Below, piece after piece: positions 49,751 through 58,804 of a stretch of DNA of 64,000 nt. The stretch spans positions 45,421 through 109,420 of the forward strand of contig JBAYQP010000003.1 of assembly GCA_041677125.1 (NCBI GenBank), read 5' to 3'. Below the pieces are notes generated by a model. The model saw only the letters and a program-made list of their open reading frames with translations, ran no database searches and was not told the DNA's origin. A program made the translations under genes and the position numbers. Position 1 is the stretch's first letter, and the number at the start of each line of letters is the position of its first letter. Source of the stretch: Desulfuromonadales bacterium. GTDB lineage: Bacteria > Desulfobacterota > Desulfuromonadia > Desulfuromonadales > JACZKF01.

Positions 49751-51114
49751 TTCAGGGTGACTCCCGGCGGGCCGAAGGGGACCAGGCTGTCCCAGAGAAT
49801 CCCTCGGAAGCCGAAACGATGCATCACCGTCAGGCGCGCCTGTCCCTCGGATGGCGGGAAGATGCGGTCGCGCCGGCGGCGGAAGGAGGCGAGAATGGCG
49901 GCGTTCATCCATTCGGCATCCACGGCCGGAGAGAAGTAGTAGCTCGGCTTCAGCAGGGACATTTCGGCGGCGAGCACCCCCTCGCGCACCGCCTGGGCGT
50001 GCAGGTCGGTGCCGGGGAGAATGCGGATGCCGGAGAAGGCGAAGACGACGCACTGCTCGAGACGGGCCAGGTTCGCCAGCCCCTCGGTTACCGTGGCCGG
50101 CGTTTCGCCGGGCACGCCGAACATGACGTAATGGGCGCAGGGCAGCCGCTCCTCGACGCAGGCCCGGCTGACAGCCTCGACCTCGGCGAAGCTGAAGCCC
50201 TTGCCGATGGCGGCCAGGGTGGCGTCGCTGGCCGCATCGGTTCCGAGCTCCAGGGCGTAGAGGCCGGAGCGCTTCATCAGGGCCAGGTCGGCGCGACCCA
50301 TGCCTTGCGGCCGGAAGAAGGCGCACCAGCGAATGCCGGCGTCTTGCCGCAGCAACTCCTCGGCGATCTCCAGATGGTGGCCGGCGGGGTCGTTGAAGAC
50401 CGAGTCGGTGAAGAAAAAAGTGTCCGCCCCGAATTCGGCGCGGATGCGCCGCAGCTCCTCCACCACCGCCTCCGCCGGGCGGGCGCGGAAACCGCATCCC
50501 TCCAGCTGCGGATAGCTGCAGTAGGTGCAGGCGAAGGGACAGCCGCGTTTGGTCTGCAGATTGAGCATGCCGGTTTGTTCGAGATAGAAGCGCACCAGTT
50601 CCGGTTCCAGCAGCGGCGCCCCGATGCCGTTGCCGGCCAGGGGCGAGCCGTTCGCCTGCACCGGCGTCGCCGGCTTCTCGCCTCGGCCGAGGCGCTCCAC
50701 CAGGTCGGGAAACCGCCGCTCCCCTTCGCCGACGATGCCGTAATCGGCGCCGACGTAGGCGAGAATTTCTTCCGGCAGGATGGAGAAGGCGGGGCCGCCG
50801 AGAACAACCGGGGCGTCGGTTGCCCGCCGCACCCGGGAGACCAGCTGCCGCGCCTGGGCGAGGTACCAGGCGTTCTCGCCGCTGAAGGAGTCGACGTTGT
50901 CGATGTTGCGCAGCGACAGGCCGACCACCTCGGGGGCGAAGACGCGCACCGCCTCTTCCAGCGCCGTCTCCGAGCGGCCGGCGGCAAGAAAATCGAATTG
51001 CCGCACCTGATGGCCGCGACCGGCGCAAGCGGCGGCGACCATGGCCATGCCGAGCGGGTAGACCGGGAACGGCTCGCAGGTGACGTTGCTGGAGACGAGA
51101 AAGACGCGACTCAT
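49747..51114 (-). CDS. B12-binding domain radical SAM protein 2
   Basis: VFLVSSN...YPLGMAMVAAACAGRGH B12-like region. KRGCPFACTYC motif. ATGA overlaps on both sides. Confidence 0.85.
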   Translation of the reverse strand: MSRVFLVSSNVTCEPFPVYPLGMAMVAAACAGRGHQVRQFDFLAAGRSETALEEAVRVFAPEVVGLSLRNIDNVDSFSGENAWYLAQARQLVSRVRRATDAPVVLGGPAFSILPEEILAYVGADYGIVGEGERRFPDLVERLGRGEKPATPVQANGSPLAGNGIGAPLLEPELVRFYLEQTGMLNLQTKRGCPFACTYCSYPQLEGCGFRARPAEAVVEELRRIRAEFGADTFFFTDSVFNDPAGHHLEIAEELLRQDAGIRWCAFFRPQGMGRADLALMKRSGLYALELGTDAASDATLAAIGKGFSFAEVEAVSRACVEERLPCAHYVMFGVPGETPATVTEGLANLARLEQCVVFAFSGIRILPGTDLHAQAVREGVLAAEMSLLKPSYYFSPAVDAEWMNAAILASFRRRRDRIFPPSEGQARLTVMHRFGFRGILWDSLVPFGPPGVTLK

Positions 51115-52373
51115 CTAGCCGCCTCGCCACGAAAACTGCGCCGGGTGCGCGGATCGTAGCGCCGGTAGGTGCCGTCGGCGATCTCGCGGCCGATGACCCG
51201 TTTGAACAGCTCCCCCATTTTGAGCTGATAGCCGCCATCGGCGTAGAAGGTGTCCCAGGCGTAATGGTACATCTCCTGCAACTTCTCCGGGGTCATCTTC
51301 TTCGGCTGGAAGACCACCTTGTCGGCGCTGTAGTCGTGCCAGTTGCTGTTCAGAATCCGCCCCTCGTTCTGCATCTGGGTGCGCACCGGCGAATGCGGGA
51401 AGGGGGTGAGGATGGTGAACTCGGCGACATCGAGTTCCACCTCGATGAGGAAATCGACCAGCCGCTTGATGTCATCCGCGTCCTGGTCGTCGGTGCCGAG
51501 CAGGATCGTTCCCTCGACGCCGATGCCGTGATCCTTGAGGCGGCGGATGCGGTTGCGGATAACATCGGAGGTATCGAAAACCGCCTGATAGACATACCAG
51601 GCGCCGGCATCGGCGGCCAGCTTGAGAATTTCCGGATCGTCGAGGATCGGGTGGGAGACCCACTTCTTCTTCAGCGGGATCATGGCCGTGAACAGCTCTT
51701 TCAACCACTGGCGATCCTGGGCGAGGGAATTGTCGACGATGAACAGCCGATTGTTCTGGATCGCCTCCATTTCGGCGATCACCTGCTCGATCGGCCGCGG
51801 GCGAAACCGGGTGCCGCCGAGAAAGCCGGTGCAGCAGGGAAAGCAATCGAATTTGCAGCCCCGGGACGCATGCACCAGATCGAGCATCTGCACGCCGCGG
51901 TAGTTGTAGAGGTCGCGGTTGAGGATCTCGCGGCGGGCGGTGCCGACCAGCATGATATCCGGCGGATTGTTCATGTAATCGTAGGTCTTGCGCAGCCGGC
52001 CGTTGCGAAAATCCTCCACCACCGCCGCGAAGCGTCCCTCCGCTTCGCCGAGGAAAACGGCGTCGGCGTGGTCGGCGACCTCTTCGGCGTGCAGCATGAC
52101 GGCAATGCCGCCGAAGATCACCGGCACGCCTTGCCGCCGGTAGTGATCGGCGATTTCGAAGGCGCGCGGCAGTTGACAGGTGAGCATCACCGAAAGAGCA
52201 ATCAGATCGGCCGGGGCGGCAAAGTCGAGGGGCTGCACGTTTTCATCGGTGAAGCTCAGTTCCACCTCGGGAGGCACGGTGGCGGCAAAGACGACGGGCC
52301 CGTGCGGCGGCAGGTGGAACTCGGTCTGCCGGTCGAGCTTCGGCCAGCGGGGATAGATCAGGTGCATGCGCAT
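51111..52373 (-). CDS. B12-binding domain radical SAM protein 3
   Basis: MHLIYP...VPVIFGGIAV B12-like region. SRGCKFDCFPCC (CX3CX2C). GAAAGGA RBS. Confidence 0.85.
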   Translation of the reverse strand: MRMHLIYPRWPKLDRQTEFHLPPHGPVVFAATVPPEVELSFTDENVQPLDFAAPADLIALSVMLTCQLPRAFEIADHYRRQGVPVIFGGIAVMLHAEEVADHADAVFLGEAEGRFAAVVEDFRNGRLRKTYDYMNNPPDIMLVGTARREILNRDLYNYRGVQMLDLVHASRGCKFDCFPCCTGFLGGTRFRPRPIEQVIAEMEAIQNNRLFIVDNSLAQDRQWLKELFTAMIPLKKKWVSHPILDDPEILKLAADAGAWYVYQAVFDTSDVIRNRIRRLKDHGIGVEGTILLGTDDQDADDIKRLVDFLIEVELDVAEFTILTPFPHSPVRTQMQNEGRILNSNWHDYSADKVVFQPKKMTPEKLQEMYHYAWDTFYADGGYQLKMGELFKRVIGREIADGTYRRYDPRTRRSFRGEAAR

Positions 52374-52463
52374 GTCGATTTTCCTTTCTTCACCGAAAGA
52401 AGCGTATCTCCCGCCGCTCGACCAGGGCGCGGAGGGCGCAGAACATTAAAAAGTTAGCTGCCA

Positions 52464-53177
52464 TTATTCTGAAAGAGGCCTGCGCAAAAGGGGGACCAAC
52501 TCCGCCAACGAGCGTATCTCCTTGCCGGCCATCCGTATTTTCCCCGTTTGCAGGGCGATTTGCCCCAGCGCCTGACCATGCTTGCCGCCCGGCCGGGCGA
52601 GAACGAGGAAAACCGCGCCGGGCGGCGCCTCTCCCGCCGGCGCCAGAGAAGCCGGCCGCGCCAAGTCGCAGATGCCCGCCACCGCCAGGTCCGCCTCGTC
52701 CCAGGCGAGCGTCTCCAGGGCCAGGCGCAGGGGGGTCAGACCGTTCTCTTCCGCGGCGCTGACGACATAGGCCGGGCCGGTGAGGCCGAAGCGGATCGCC
52801 GCCTCGCCAAGAAAGCAGTTCGGCAGGGTGTAGGCGAAGAGGTTGGGACTGGCCAGGCGTCCCTGCTGCGGCAGAACGGAATCGAAGTAGTCGTTGTCGG
52901 TGGCCAGGCAGCCGTAGCGGCTGCCGGCGATCAGAGCCACCGGGCGCTTCTGCTGCCAGGCATCGAGGCCGGCATCCTGCAGCGCGAGCGCGATGCCGGC
53001 GAGGCCGATGCGGGAGAAGGGATCGAGGCGGCCAAAGCGCGGGTCGACCTCGGCGAAAACGTCCTTGCGGGTCACCGCCGGCAGCTCGCCGCACTCCAGA
53101 GCGAAGGCCGTCTCCTGCCGCCCCCGGCCGAAACCGGCCGTCGTCACCCAACCGATGCCGAGAATAACGCCGATCAT
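52464..53177 (-). CDS. Short ketosynthase N-terminal-like protein without catalytic Cys (KS partner)
   Basis: 237 aa. KS N-domain-like (RIGLAGIALALQDAG, GLTGPAYVVSAAEENG) but no Cys/His triad. ATGA overlap with the upstream KS. Confidence 0.65.
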   Translation of the reverse strand: MIGVILGIGWVTTAGFGRGRQETAFALECGELPAVTRKDVFAEVDPRFGRLDPFSRIGLAGIALALQDAGLDAWQQKRPVALIAGSRYGCLATDNDYFDSVLPQQGRLASPNLFAYTLPNCFLGEAAIRFGLTGPAYVVSAAEENGLTPLRLALETLAWDEADLAVAGICDLARPASLAPAGEAPPGAVFLVLARPGGKHGQALGQIALQTGKIRMAGKEIRSLAELVPLLRRPLSE

Positions 53178-54307
53178 CCCTCACCTCCCGCCATGGTCAG
53201 CAGCAGGGCGGCATTGATGCCGCCGAAGCCGGAGTTGGTGGTGAGCAGAAATTCCCCTGGCAGGGGCACGGCTTCGGCGCTGACCCAGCCTGCCGCGTTC
53301 TCCTCAGCTTCGGCGAAGCCGGTGGTGGGCGGCAGAATCGTTTCCTGGAGGCTCTTCAGCGCCAGCGCCGTCTCGATGCCGCCGGCCGCGCCCAAGGTGT
53401 GGCCAAGAGCGCCCTTTACCGAATGAATCGGCAGGGTGCGTCCGAAAATCTGTTGGAAAGCGGTCAGTTCCATAGCATCGTTGTAGATGGTGCCGGTGCC
53501 GTGGGCGTTGATCGCCGCCACGGCGGCCGGCGGCAGATCCGCCTGCCGCAGCGCCCCCCGCACCGCCTGGATGAGACCGCAACCGTCCCGGGCCGGCGCG
53601 GTGATGTGGTGGGCGTCGCCGGCCACCCCCCAGCCGAGAATCGCGCCGAGGGGCGCCCGCCCTTCGCGCCGTGCCCGCTCCGGAGCCATCAGCAGCAGGG
53701 CGGCGGCGCCCTCGCCCAGGGTCAGGCCGCTGCGGCGCCGGTCGAAGGGGCGGCAGGGCTCGGCCGAGAGTCCCTTGAGGGCGGAGAAACCGGAGAAAAC
53801 GAATTCGGAAACCAGATCGACGCAGCAGACCAGCACCGTTTCACTCTGGCCGTGGGCGATCATCGCCGCCCCCCGCGCCAGGGCAATGGTCGAGGAGGCG
53901 CAGGCGGCATTGATGTTCAGCCCCGGCGTGCTCAGGCCGAACCGGCGGCCGATGGCTTGGGGCAGTCCGCCGGCGAGCAAATCCTCCTCGTGGGCTGTCG
54001 CCCCCCGCCGCTGGCGCTCCAGGGCGTCGATTCCCCATTTTGTGGTGGCGGTCAGGGCGGCGGCATCGGCGGGAACCGGGCCGAAATCATGCAAAAGCCG
54101 GTCGAGCAGGGGACGCACGCCGGAGGCTTCGTCCTGCGCCGCCAGGCCGTCGATCTCCGCCGCATGCCGGCAAATGTAACCGTCCGTGGCGAACCGGCGC
54201 ACCGGGCGGATGCCCGATTCGCCCGCCAGCAGCCGACGCCAGCTGGCCTCCAGAGTGTCGCCGAGGGCGGTGACCGTCTCGGCGGCGACAATCCACACCG
54301 GCCTCAT
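53174..54307 (-). CDS. Beta-ketoacyl-ACP synthase
   Basis: NAACASS, DAHHITAP, NAHGTGT, GHTLGAAG. ATGA overlaps. Confidence 0.9.
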   Translation of the reverse strand: MRPVWIVAAETVTALGDTLEASWRRLLAGESGIRPVRRFATDGYICRHAAEIDGLAAQDEASGVRPLLDRLLHDFGPVPADAAALTATTKWGIDALERQRRGATAHEEDLLAGGLPQAIGRRFGLSTPGLNINAACASSTIALARGAAMIAHGQSETVLVCCVDLVSEFVFSGFSALKGLSAEPCRPFDRRRSGLTLGEGAAALLLMAPERARREGRAPLGAILGWGVAGDAHHITAPARDGCGLIQAVRGALRQADLPPAAVAAINAHGTGTIYNDAMELTAFQQIFGRTLPIHSVKGALGHTLGAAGGIETALALKSLQETILPPTTGFAEAEENAAGWVSAEAVPLPGEFLLTTNSGFGGINAALLLTMAGGEG

Positions 54308-54765
54308 GACAGCTCCCCCCGTTGCCAGCGCTCGCGAAAAGCCGCCATGAAGGGCGGCGGCACCAGCAGGACGTTCTCCTCGTGATCAAGAAGCATTTGC
54401 ACCGAATAGCCGGTGGTCGTCACCTGGCCGGCGGCATTGCGGATGATGAATTCATGGTTGAGGCGCACCGCGTCCGACCAGTGCAGCACCCCTTCGATGG
54501 TGAAGTCGTCCTGAAAATGCAGGGGACGGTGGTAATCGCAATGCAGCTTGCGCAGGGGAGCGACCACCCCCTGCCGGTACATCTCCATATAGCCGAGGCC
54601 GTAGCGATCCCCCAAGGCCACTCGGGCGTCCTCGAAATAGCCGGGATAGCGGCCGTGCCAGACGATCCCCAGCGGATCGACTTCCTCGAAGCGCACCCGC
54701 CGCGCGACAACCGCCCGCAGCGGTGTCGGATCGCCGGCACGGGGGGGGAAGTACGGTTTCAGCAT
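54304..54765 (-). CDS. 4HBT/YbgC-like hotdog thioesterase
   Basis: RVRFEEVDPLGIVWHGRYPGYFEDARV is a typical 4HBT catalytic region. Start at MLKPYF (54765). Confidence 0.75.
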   Translation of the reverse strand: MLKPYFPPRAGDPTPLRAVVARRVRFEEVDPLGIVWHGRYPGYFEDARVALGDRYGLGYMEMYRQGVVAPLRKLHCDYHRPLHFQDDFTIEGVLHWSDAVRLNHEFIIRNAAGQVTTTGYSVQMLLDHEENVLLVPPPFMAAFRERWQRGELS

Positions 54766-55148
54766 CGGCTCGCCTCCGCCGGTGTCAGAACGAGGATGAA
54801 TGAGGCCGCCAGGTCCTCGTCGCGCCACAGCCGCGTCGCGCAAAAGAGTCGGTCGTCGCGGTGCTGCTCCCGGCTCTCGATGCGGATTTCCTGCTGCGGC
54901 CGCAATTGTTGCAGGAACTTGGCGTTTTCCACCCCCACCAGGCGCAGTGGCTGGCCCAGGGCATCCTCGGCGACGCAGAGGCCGGCCTGCAGTTGCACCA
55001 CCGCCGGCAAAATCGGATAGCCGGGGAAATGGCCGGCGAAGCCGGGAAAATCGGCCGGAAAACAGAAGCGCTGCTGCACTGCGCCCGGCGCGATCCGGCG
55101 CAGGTGGTCGATGGCGACCGCTCGAATAGCTTTGGTGATTTTACTCAT
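54759..55148 (-). CDS. FabZ/FabA-like hotdog dehydratase
   Basis: FAGHFPGYPILPAVVQLQ motif (HFPxxPxxPG-like). 129 aa from the ATG at 55148. Confidence 0.65.
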   Translation of the reverse strand: MSKITKAIRAVAIDHLRRIAPGAVQQRFCFPADFPGFAGHFPGYPILPAVVQLQAGLCVAEDALGQPLRLVGVENAKFLQQLRPQQEIRIESREQHRDDRLFCATRLWRDEDLAASFILVLTPAEASRC

Positions 55149-55815
55149 CGGTAACTCTTGCTTCCTCCAGCCACAGGGTAAGCCGGTAGCCGCCGCGGGC
55201 GTCCTCAAGAAGGATGCCGCCGGGCGCCGGTGTCTCGGCCGCCGGTTGATAATCGAAGTAGCGCACCCGCCACTCCTCCTCGTCCCCCTGCGCCTGCTTT
55301 TCAAGCAGCTGGGCATCGGGACCGCCGAAGACGAAAAGAAGCACCCGTTCTTTCTCCCGGCGGGTAAGTCGGTACTCCGTTGCGCCGATAGCGAGTCGAT
55401 CCGTGACCAAGGGCTGCGGATCGAGAAACACGTGGCGCACCGCAGCGGCAATGGCCCCGCTCACCCCGGGGGTGCGGGCCAGTTCGGGGAAGAGAAAATG
55501 TTCCACGTGCGTCTGGGGGGTTACGGCGATATCGAATAATTTCACCCCGAGATCGTTCAGGCCGATCAGGCGCGCCTCGCGGCGGCCGGTGTCGAACCGG
55601 AGAAAACCGCTCATCGGCACCTTCGCCCCGCGAATTTCGAAGAGCACCGTTTGCCGGATGCGCCAGACCCGCTCGCCGCCGGTCCACAGATTCTCCAGCA
55701 GCTCCGCCGCGCTCAGCGGTCGGGTCGGCGTGGCCGGCATCGGCGCGAAGGGCGGGGACGCGCAGCCGCCGGCCAGCAGCAAAGTAAGCCAAAGCAGGCA
55801 GCCGATCTTCTTCAT
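55141..55815 (-). CDS. Lipoprotein (DUF3261-like, aryl-polyene-cluster associated)
   Basis: Lipobox LLLAGGC after MKKIGCLLWLT. ATGA overlap with the MMPL gene. The track ORF to 56856 is an artefact. Confidence 0.7.
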   Translation of the reverse strand: MKKIGCLLWLTLLLAGGCASPPFAPMPATPTRPLSAAELLENLWTGGERVWRIRQTVLFEIRGAKVPMSGFLRFDTGRREARLIGLNDLGVKLFDIAVTPQTHVEHFLFPELARTPGVSGAIAAAVRHVFLDPQPLVTDRLAIGATEYRLTRREKERVLLFVFGGPDAQLLEKQAQGDEEEWRVRYFDYQPAAETPAPGGILLEDARGGYRLTLWLEEARVTDE

Positions 55816-58172
55816 CGACGCTCCCCGCGATAGAAAGCCGGAATGACCAACAACGCGGCGGGTATGGCGGCGCCGATGCCGAGCAGCACCGTGACGCCGA
55901 TTGAATGCAGCGCCGGATGGCGGGCCAGAATCAGGGCGCCGAAGCCGGCGATGGTCGACAAGCCGGAAACCAGCACCGCCTGGTCGGTGCCGTGGTCGTA
56001 TGCTTCGCCGAATTTGCACACCATGAAAATTCCGTAATCGACTCCCAGGCCGATGATCAGCGCGGTGGCCACGATGTTGAGCAAGGTGAAATTCAAACCG
56101 GTCAGGCCCATGATTCCGAACATGACCGCCAGTCCCGTCGCCACCGGCAGCAGGGCGAGGAGAACCGGCTTCGGCCGGCGGAACAAAAAGCCGACGAAAA
56201 GCGCCACCACCAGGATGGCCAGGGTCAGAAAACGGGAAAAATCGGCGCTGATCGCTTGGCTCAGCTGCCGTCCGAAGCGCCCCTGTGAGATCAGCCGGAC
56301 CGTCGGCAAATCCTGCTGCCGGTCGTCGAAAAAAGCAATGGTCGCCGCTCCGTCCGGCACCAGGGTGAGGACGCGGTAGCCCTCCTGCGTGGGCAGGACC
56401 ATCGCCTCCACCATTTCGCCCAGGCCGGCCTGCCGCAGTCCTGCGGGCGTAATCTTTTCGACGGGCGCCGCGAGGCCATGGAAGAAAGGATCGAAGGCGC
56501 CGGCGGCAAAACCGAGGCGGCCGGCGGCGCTGCGCAACTCGTCCTGGATGCGCAGCCCCTGCTCCCCTTGCCAGAACGCCCGCCAGGCGCGCCGGTGGCG
56601 TTCCTGCACGCCGGCGGGGGGCAGCAGCGGCGCCAGGCTGACCGCCGCCATGGCTGGTTTTTCGCCAAGCGCATCGAACAGCCGAGCGTTGGCGCTCAAG
56701 GCGCTTTCCAGATCCGGCCCCTCGGCAAAGGCCATTGCCATGCCCCGCATCTCTCCCCAGACCGCCTGCACCTCCTGTTCCGCCGCCCGGATTTCGGCCG
56801 GAACCAGGCTCAGGCTGCGCAGGTCGCCATCGATCCGCAGGTGACTGGCCGGCCATAAACTAAGCAGGAGAATCGCCGCCCAGGCGCCGATGATCCATTT
56901 GCGCGGCAAGCGTTCGCCGATGCGCAGCCATGCGGCCGGCGAACGCACGTTGCCGGCCGCCGCCGGGGGAATCAACTGCGGCAGCACGACCAGCGACAAC
57001 AACAGGGCGGCGCCCAGGCCGGAAATGGCGAAGATCGCCAGTTGTCGCTGGCCGGGCAGCTCGGAGGCGAGCAGGACGGCAAAGGCGGCGATGGTGGTGA
57101 AGCCGCCGAAAAGCACCGGGCGGGCCACCTCGGCGATAATCTCGGCCGGCATTCGTCCGCCGTGGCGCAGGGCGAAATAGACGTGGACGGCGTAATCGAC
57201 GGAAATGCCGAGCAGAACCGCGCCGAAACCGAGGGTGACCGCCGACACCGTTCCGTAACCGACGGCGACGGCCAGCGCGGCCAGGCAAAGGACCGAAATC
57301 GGCACCAGAAAGGGAAACAGCGCCCGCCCGTGGCGCAGAAACACCAGAAAGAGAAGGAGCAAGGCGAGCATCGAGGCGGTCAGGGTGAAGCCCAGGTCCC
57401 GCTGGATGGCGCCGGCATTGGCGACGGTGTAGCGATGGCCGCTGACCACCGTGGCGCGCACCTCCGGCGGCAGTTGCGCCAGGGCCGCATCAAGGGCGCG
57501 CAACATCTGCTCGGCCCCTCCCGAGTCGGTGATGGCGACCGGGGTGTCGGCGATGAGCAGGGCGTGCCGGCCGTCGGCGCTGACGAACCGGCCGCTGTCG
57601 AGTTGCGCCTGCGGCACCAGATTCAGATGCTGCAGCTTGGCCATGCCGAGACGGTTCAGGCCCAGCGGATCGCGCCGCAGGGCGTCCTTGAGCACCCAGC
57701 CCTCCGGCGACAGCAACCGGTCGCGCACCTGGTGCAGGCGATTCTCGATTTCCGCCGCGTCCAGGCCGGCGGCCAAAGACTCCAGTTCCGCTGCGTCGAC
57801 CAGGTTGGGCAGGGCGGCGGTCAGCCAGGCGATGATATTTCCCTGCGCCATATCGGCCGGCCCGGCGACCACCCGGTCGAACCAGGGGGGGCCGAGGGCG
57901 CCCCGCAGCCGGTCGACCGCCGTGGCCAGCAACGCGGCATCGGCGTCCGGCGCCAGCGCAAGGGAGAGCAGAACCTTGCGGGCGAAGGGCGCCTGCTCCA
58001 GCAGGGCGAAATCGCTGCGCACGGGACCGTCCGGCAACATCGCGGCGATGTTCTCCTCCAGGCGTATTTCGCGAAAGGCGAGAACGCTCAGGAGAACCAC
58101 CGCTGCTGTCAGGACGAAAAGGCTCCGGCGGCGCGGGGCCAAAAATCGGTGAATATGGGCAAAAAGCTGCAA
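55812..58172 (-). CDS. MMPL/RND-superfamily lipid exporter
   Basis: 786 aa. Two 6-TM bundles each preceded by a large periplasmic loop. The start is a TTG in the track; exact start uncertain. Confidence 0.85.
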   Translation of the reverse strand: MQLFAHIHRFLAPRRRSLFVLTAAVVLLSVLAFREIRLEENIAAMLPDGPVRSDFALLEQAPFARKVLLSLALAPDADAALLATAVDRLRGALGPPWFDRVVAGPADMAQGNIIAWLTAALPNLVDAAELESLAAGLDAAEIENRLHQVRDRLLSPEGWVLKDALRRDPLGLNRLGMAKLQHLNLVPQAQLDSGRFVSADGRHALLIADTPVAITDSGGAEQMLRALDAALAQLPPEVRATVVSGHRYTVANAGAIQRDLGFTLTASMLALLLLFLVFLRHGRALFPFLVPISVLCLAALAVAVGYGTVSAVTLGFGAVLLGISVDYAVHVYFALRHGGRMPAEIIAEVARPVLFGGFTTIAAFAVLLASELPGQRQLAIFAISGLGAALLLSLVVLPQLIPPAAAGNVRSPAAWLRIGERLPRKWIIGAWAAILLLSLWPASHLRIDGDLRSLSLVPAEIRAAEQEVQAVWGEMRGMAMAFAEGPDLESALSANARLFDALGEKPAMAAVSLAPLLPPAGVQERHRRAWRAFWQGEQGLRIQDELRSAAGRLGFAAGAFDPFFHGLAAPVEKITPAGLRQAGLGEMVEAMVLPTQEGYRVLTLVPDGAATIAFFDDRQQDLPTVRLISQGRFGRQLSQAISADFSRFLTLAILVVALFVGFLFRRPKPVLLALLPVATGLAVMFGIMGLTGLNFTLLNIVATALIIGLGVDYGIFMVCKFGEAYDHGTDQAVLVSGLSTIAGFGALILARHPALHSIGVTVLLGIGAAIPAALLVIPAFYRGERR

Positions 58173-58186
58173 ATCAACTCACTTGT

Positions 58187-58804
58187 TCAGAACGCGTCGG
58201 CCGGCAGGGGAGCGTTGACGCGCGCCGCGGAAAACCGGATGCGGGTGAAATCGCCGTCGATCTCGTGAACTTCCACCGATTGCACATGCCGTCCGTCGCC
58301 GGCGAAGGCGACGCGCAGATGATCGAGAAAGCCGCCGGCGGCGGCCAGCGGCTCCAGGCGCAGCACCGCCGGCTGTTCGCTGACAATCGCGATGCGAAAT
58401 TGCTGCCGCAGTCGGCTGAAGTCGCCGCCGGCCCAGGCGAGAAGCTGCTCGGCCACCAGCTTCATCACCGGTTCGCGGTCCAGATTGAAATCCTCGCTCT
58501 GGCCGGTGCGGGCATGCCAGCGCCGACCCTGGTCACCATCGAGGACGAAGCCGGTGGCCACCGGTTCGGTCAATTCCCAGCGCAGACGATTCGGCCTTTG
58601 GAAATAAAAACGTCCCTTCGAGGTGAGAACCTCCTGGAAAACGGCCAGGTGTTTCTCCTGTACGAAGTCGCTGGCCAGAGTGGCGACGTCGGCTGTCTGC
58701 CGGCGCAGGCGCTCAAGGACCGCTTCCGGGTTCGGTTCGGCCGCCGCGGCGGCAACCGTGCCGGTGGTGAGCAGCAAAAACAGTACGACAACGATTCGGC
58801 GCAT
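58187..58804 (-). CDS. LolA-like outer-membrane lipoprotein carrier protein
   Basis: Signal peptide, then F.Q......L....S.G.FYFQRPNRLRWE, a LolA family pattern. Confidence 0.7.
   Translation of the reverse strand: MRRIVVVLFLLLTTGTVAAAAAEPNPEAVLERLRRQTADVATLASDFVQEKHLAVFQEVLTSKGRFYFQRPNRLRWELTEPVATGFVLDGDQGRRWHARTGQSEDFNLDREPVMKLVAEQLLAWAGGDFSRLRQQFRIAIVSEQPAVLRLEPLAAAGGFLDHLRVAFAGDGRHVQSVEVHEIDGDFTRIRFSAARVNAPLPADAF

Noticed and set aside
48305-51238. 977-aa track ORF suggesting a giant fusion protein
   Set aside because: Only the C-terminal 481 aa are protein-like (B12-rSAM). The N-terminal 496 aa are Arg/Gly/Pro-rich and overlap rSAM-2 in another frame. The ATG at 49750 forms an ATGA overlap with the rSAM-2 stop.
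52438-52463. Sigma54-like TGGCAG-N5-TTTT upstream of rSAM-3 (minus strand)
   Set aside because: The -12 element lacks the invariant GC (TT instead), so it does not meet the minimal -24/-12 requirement.
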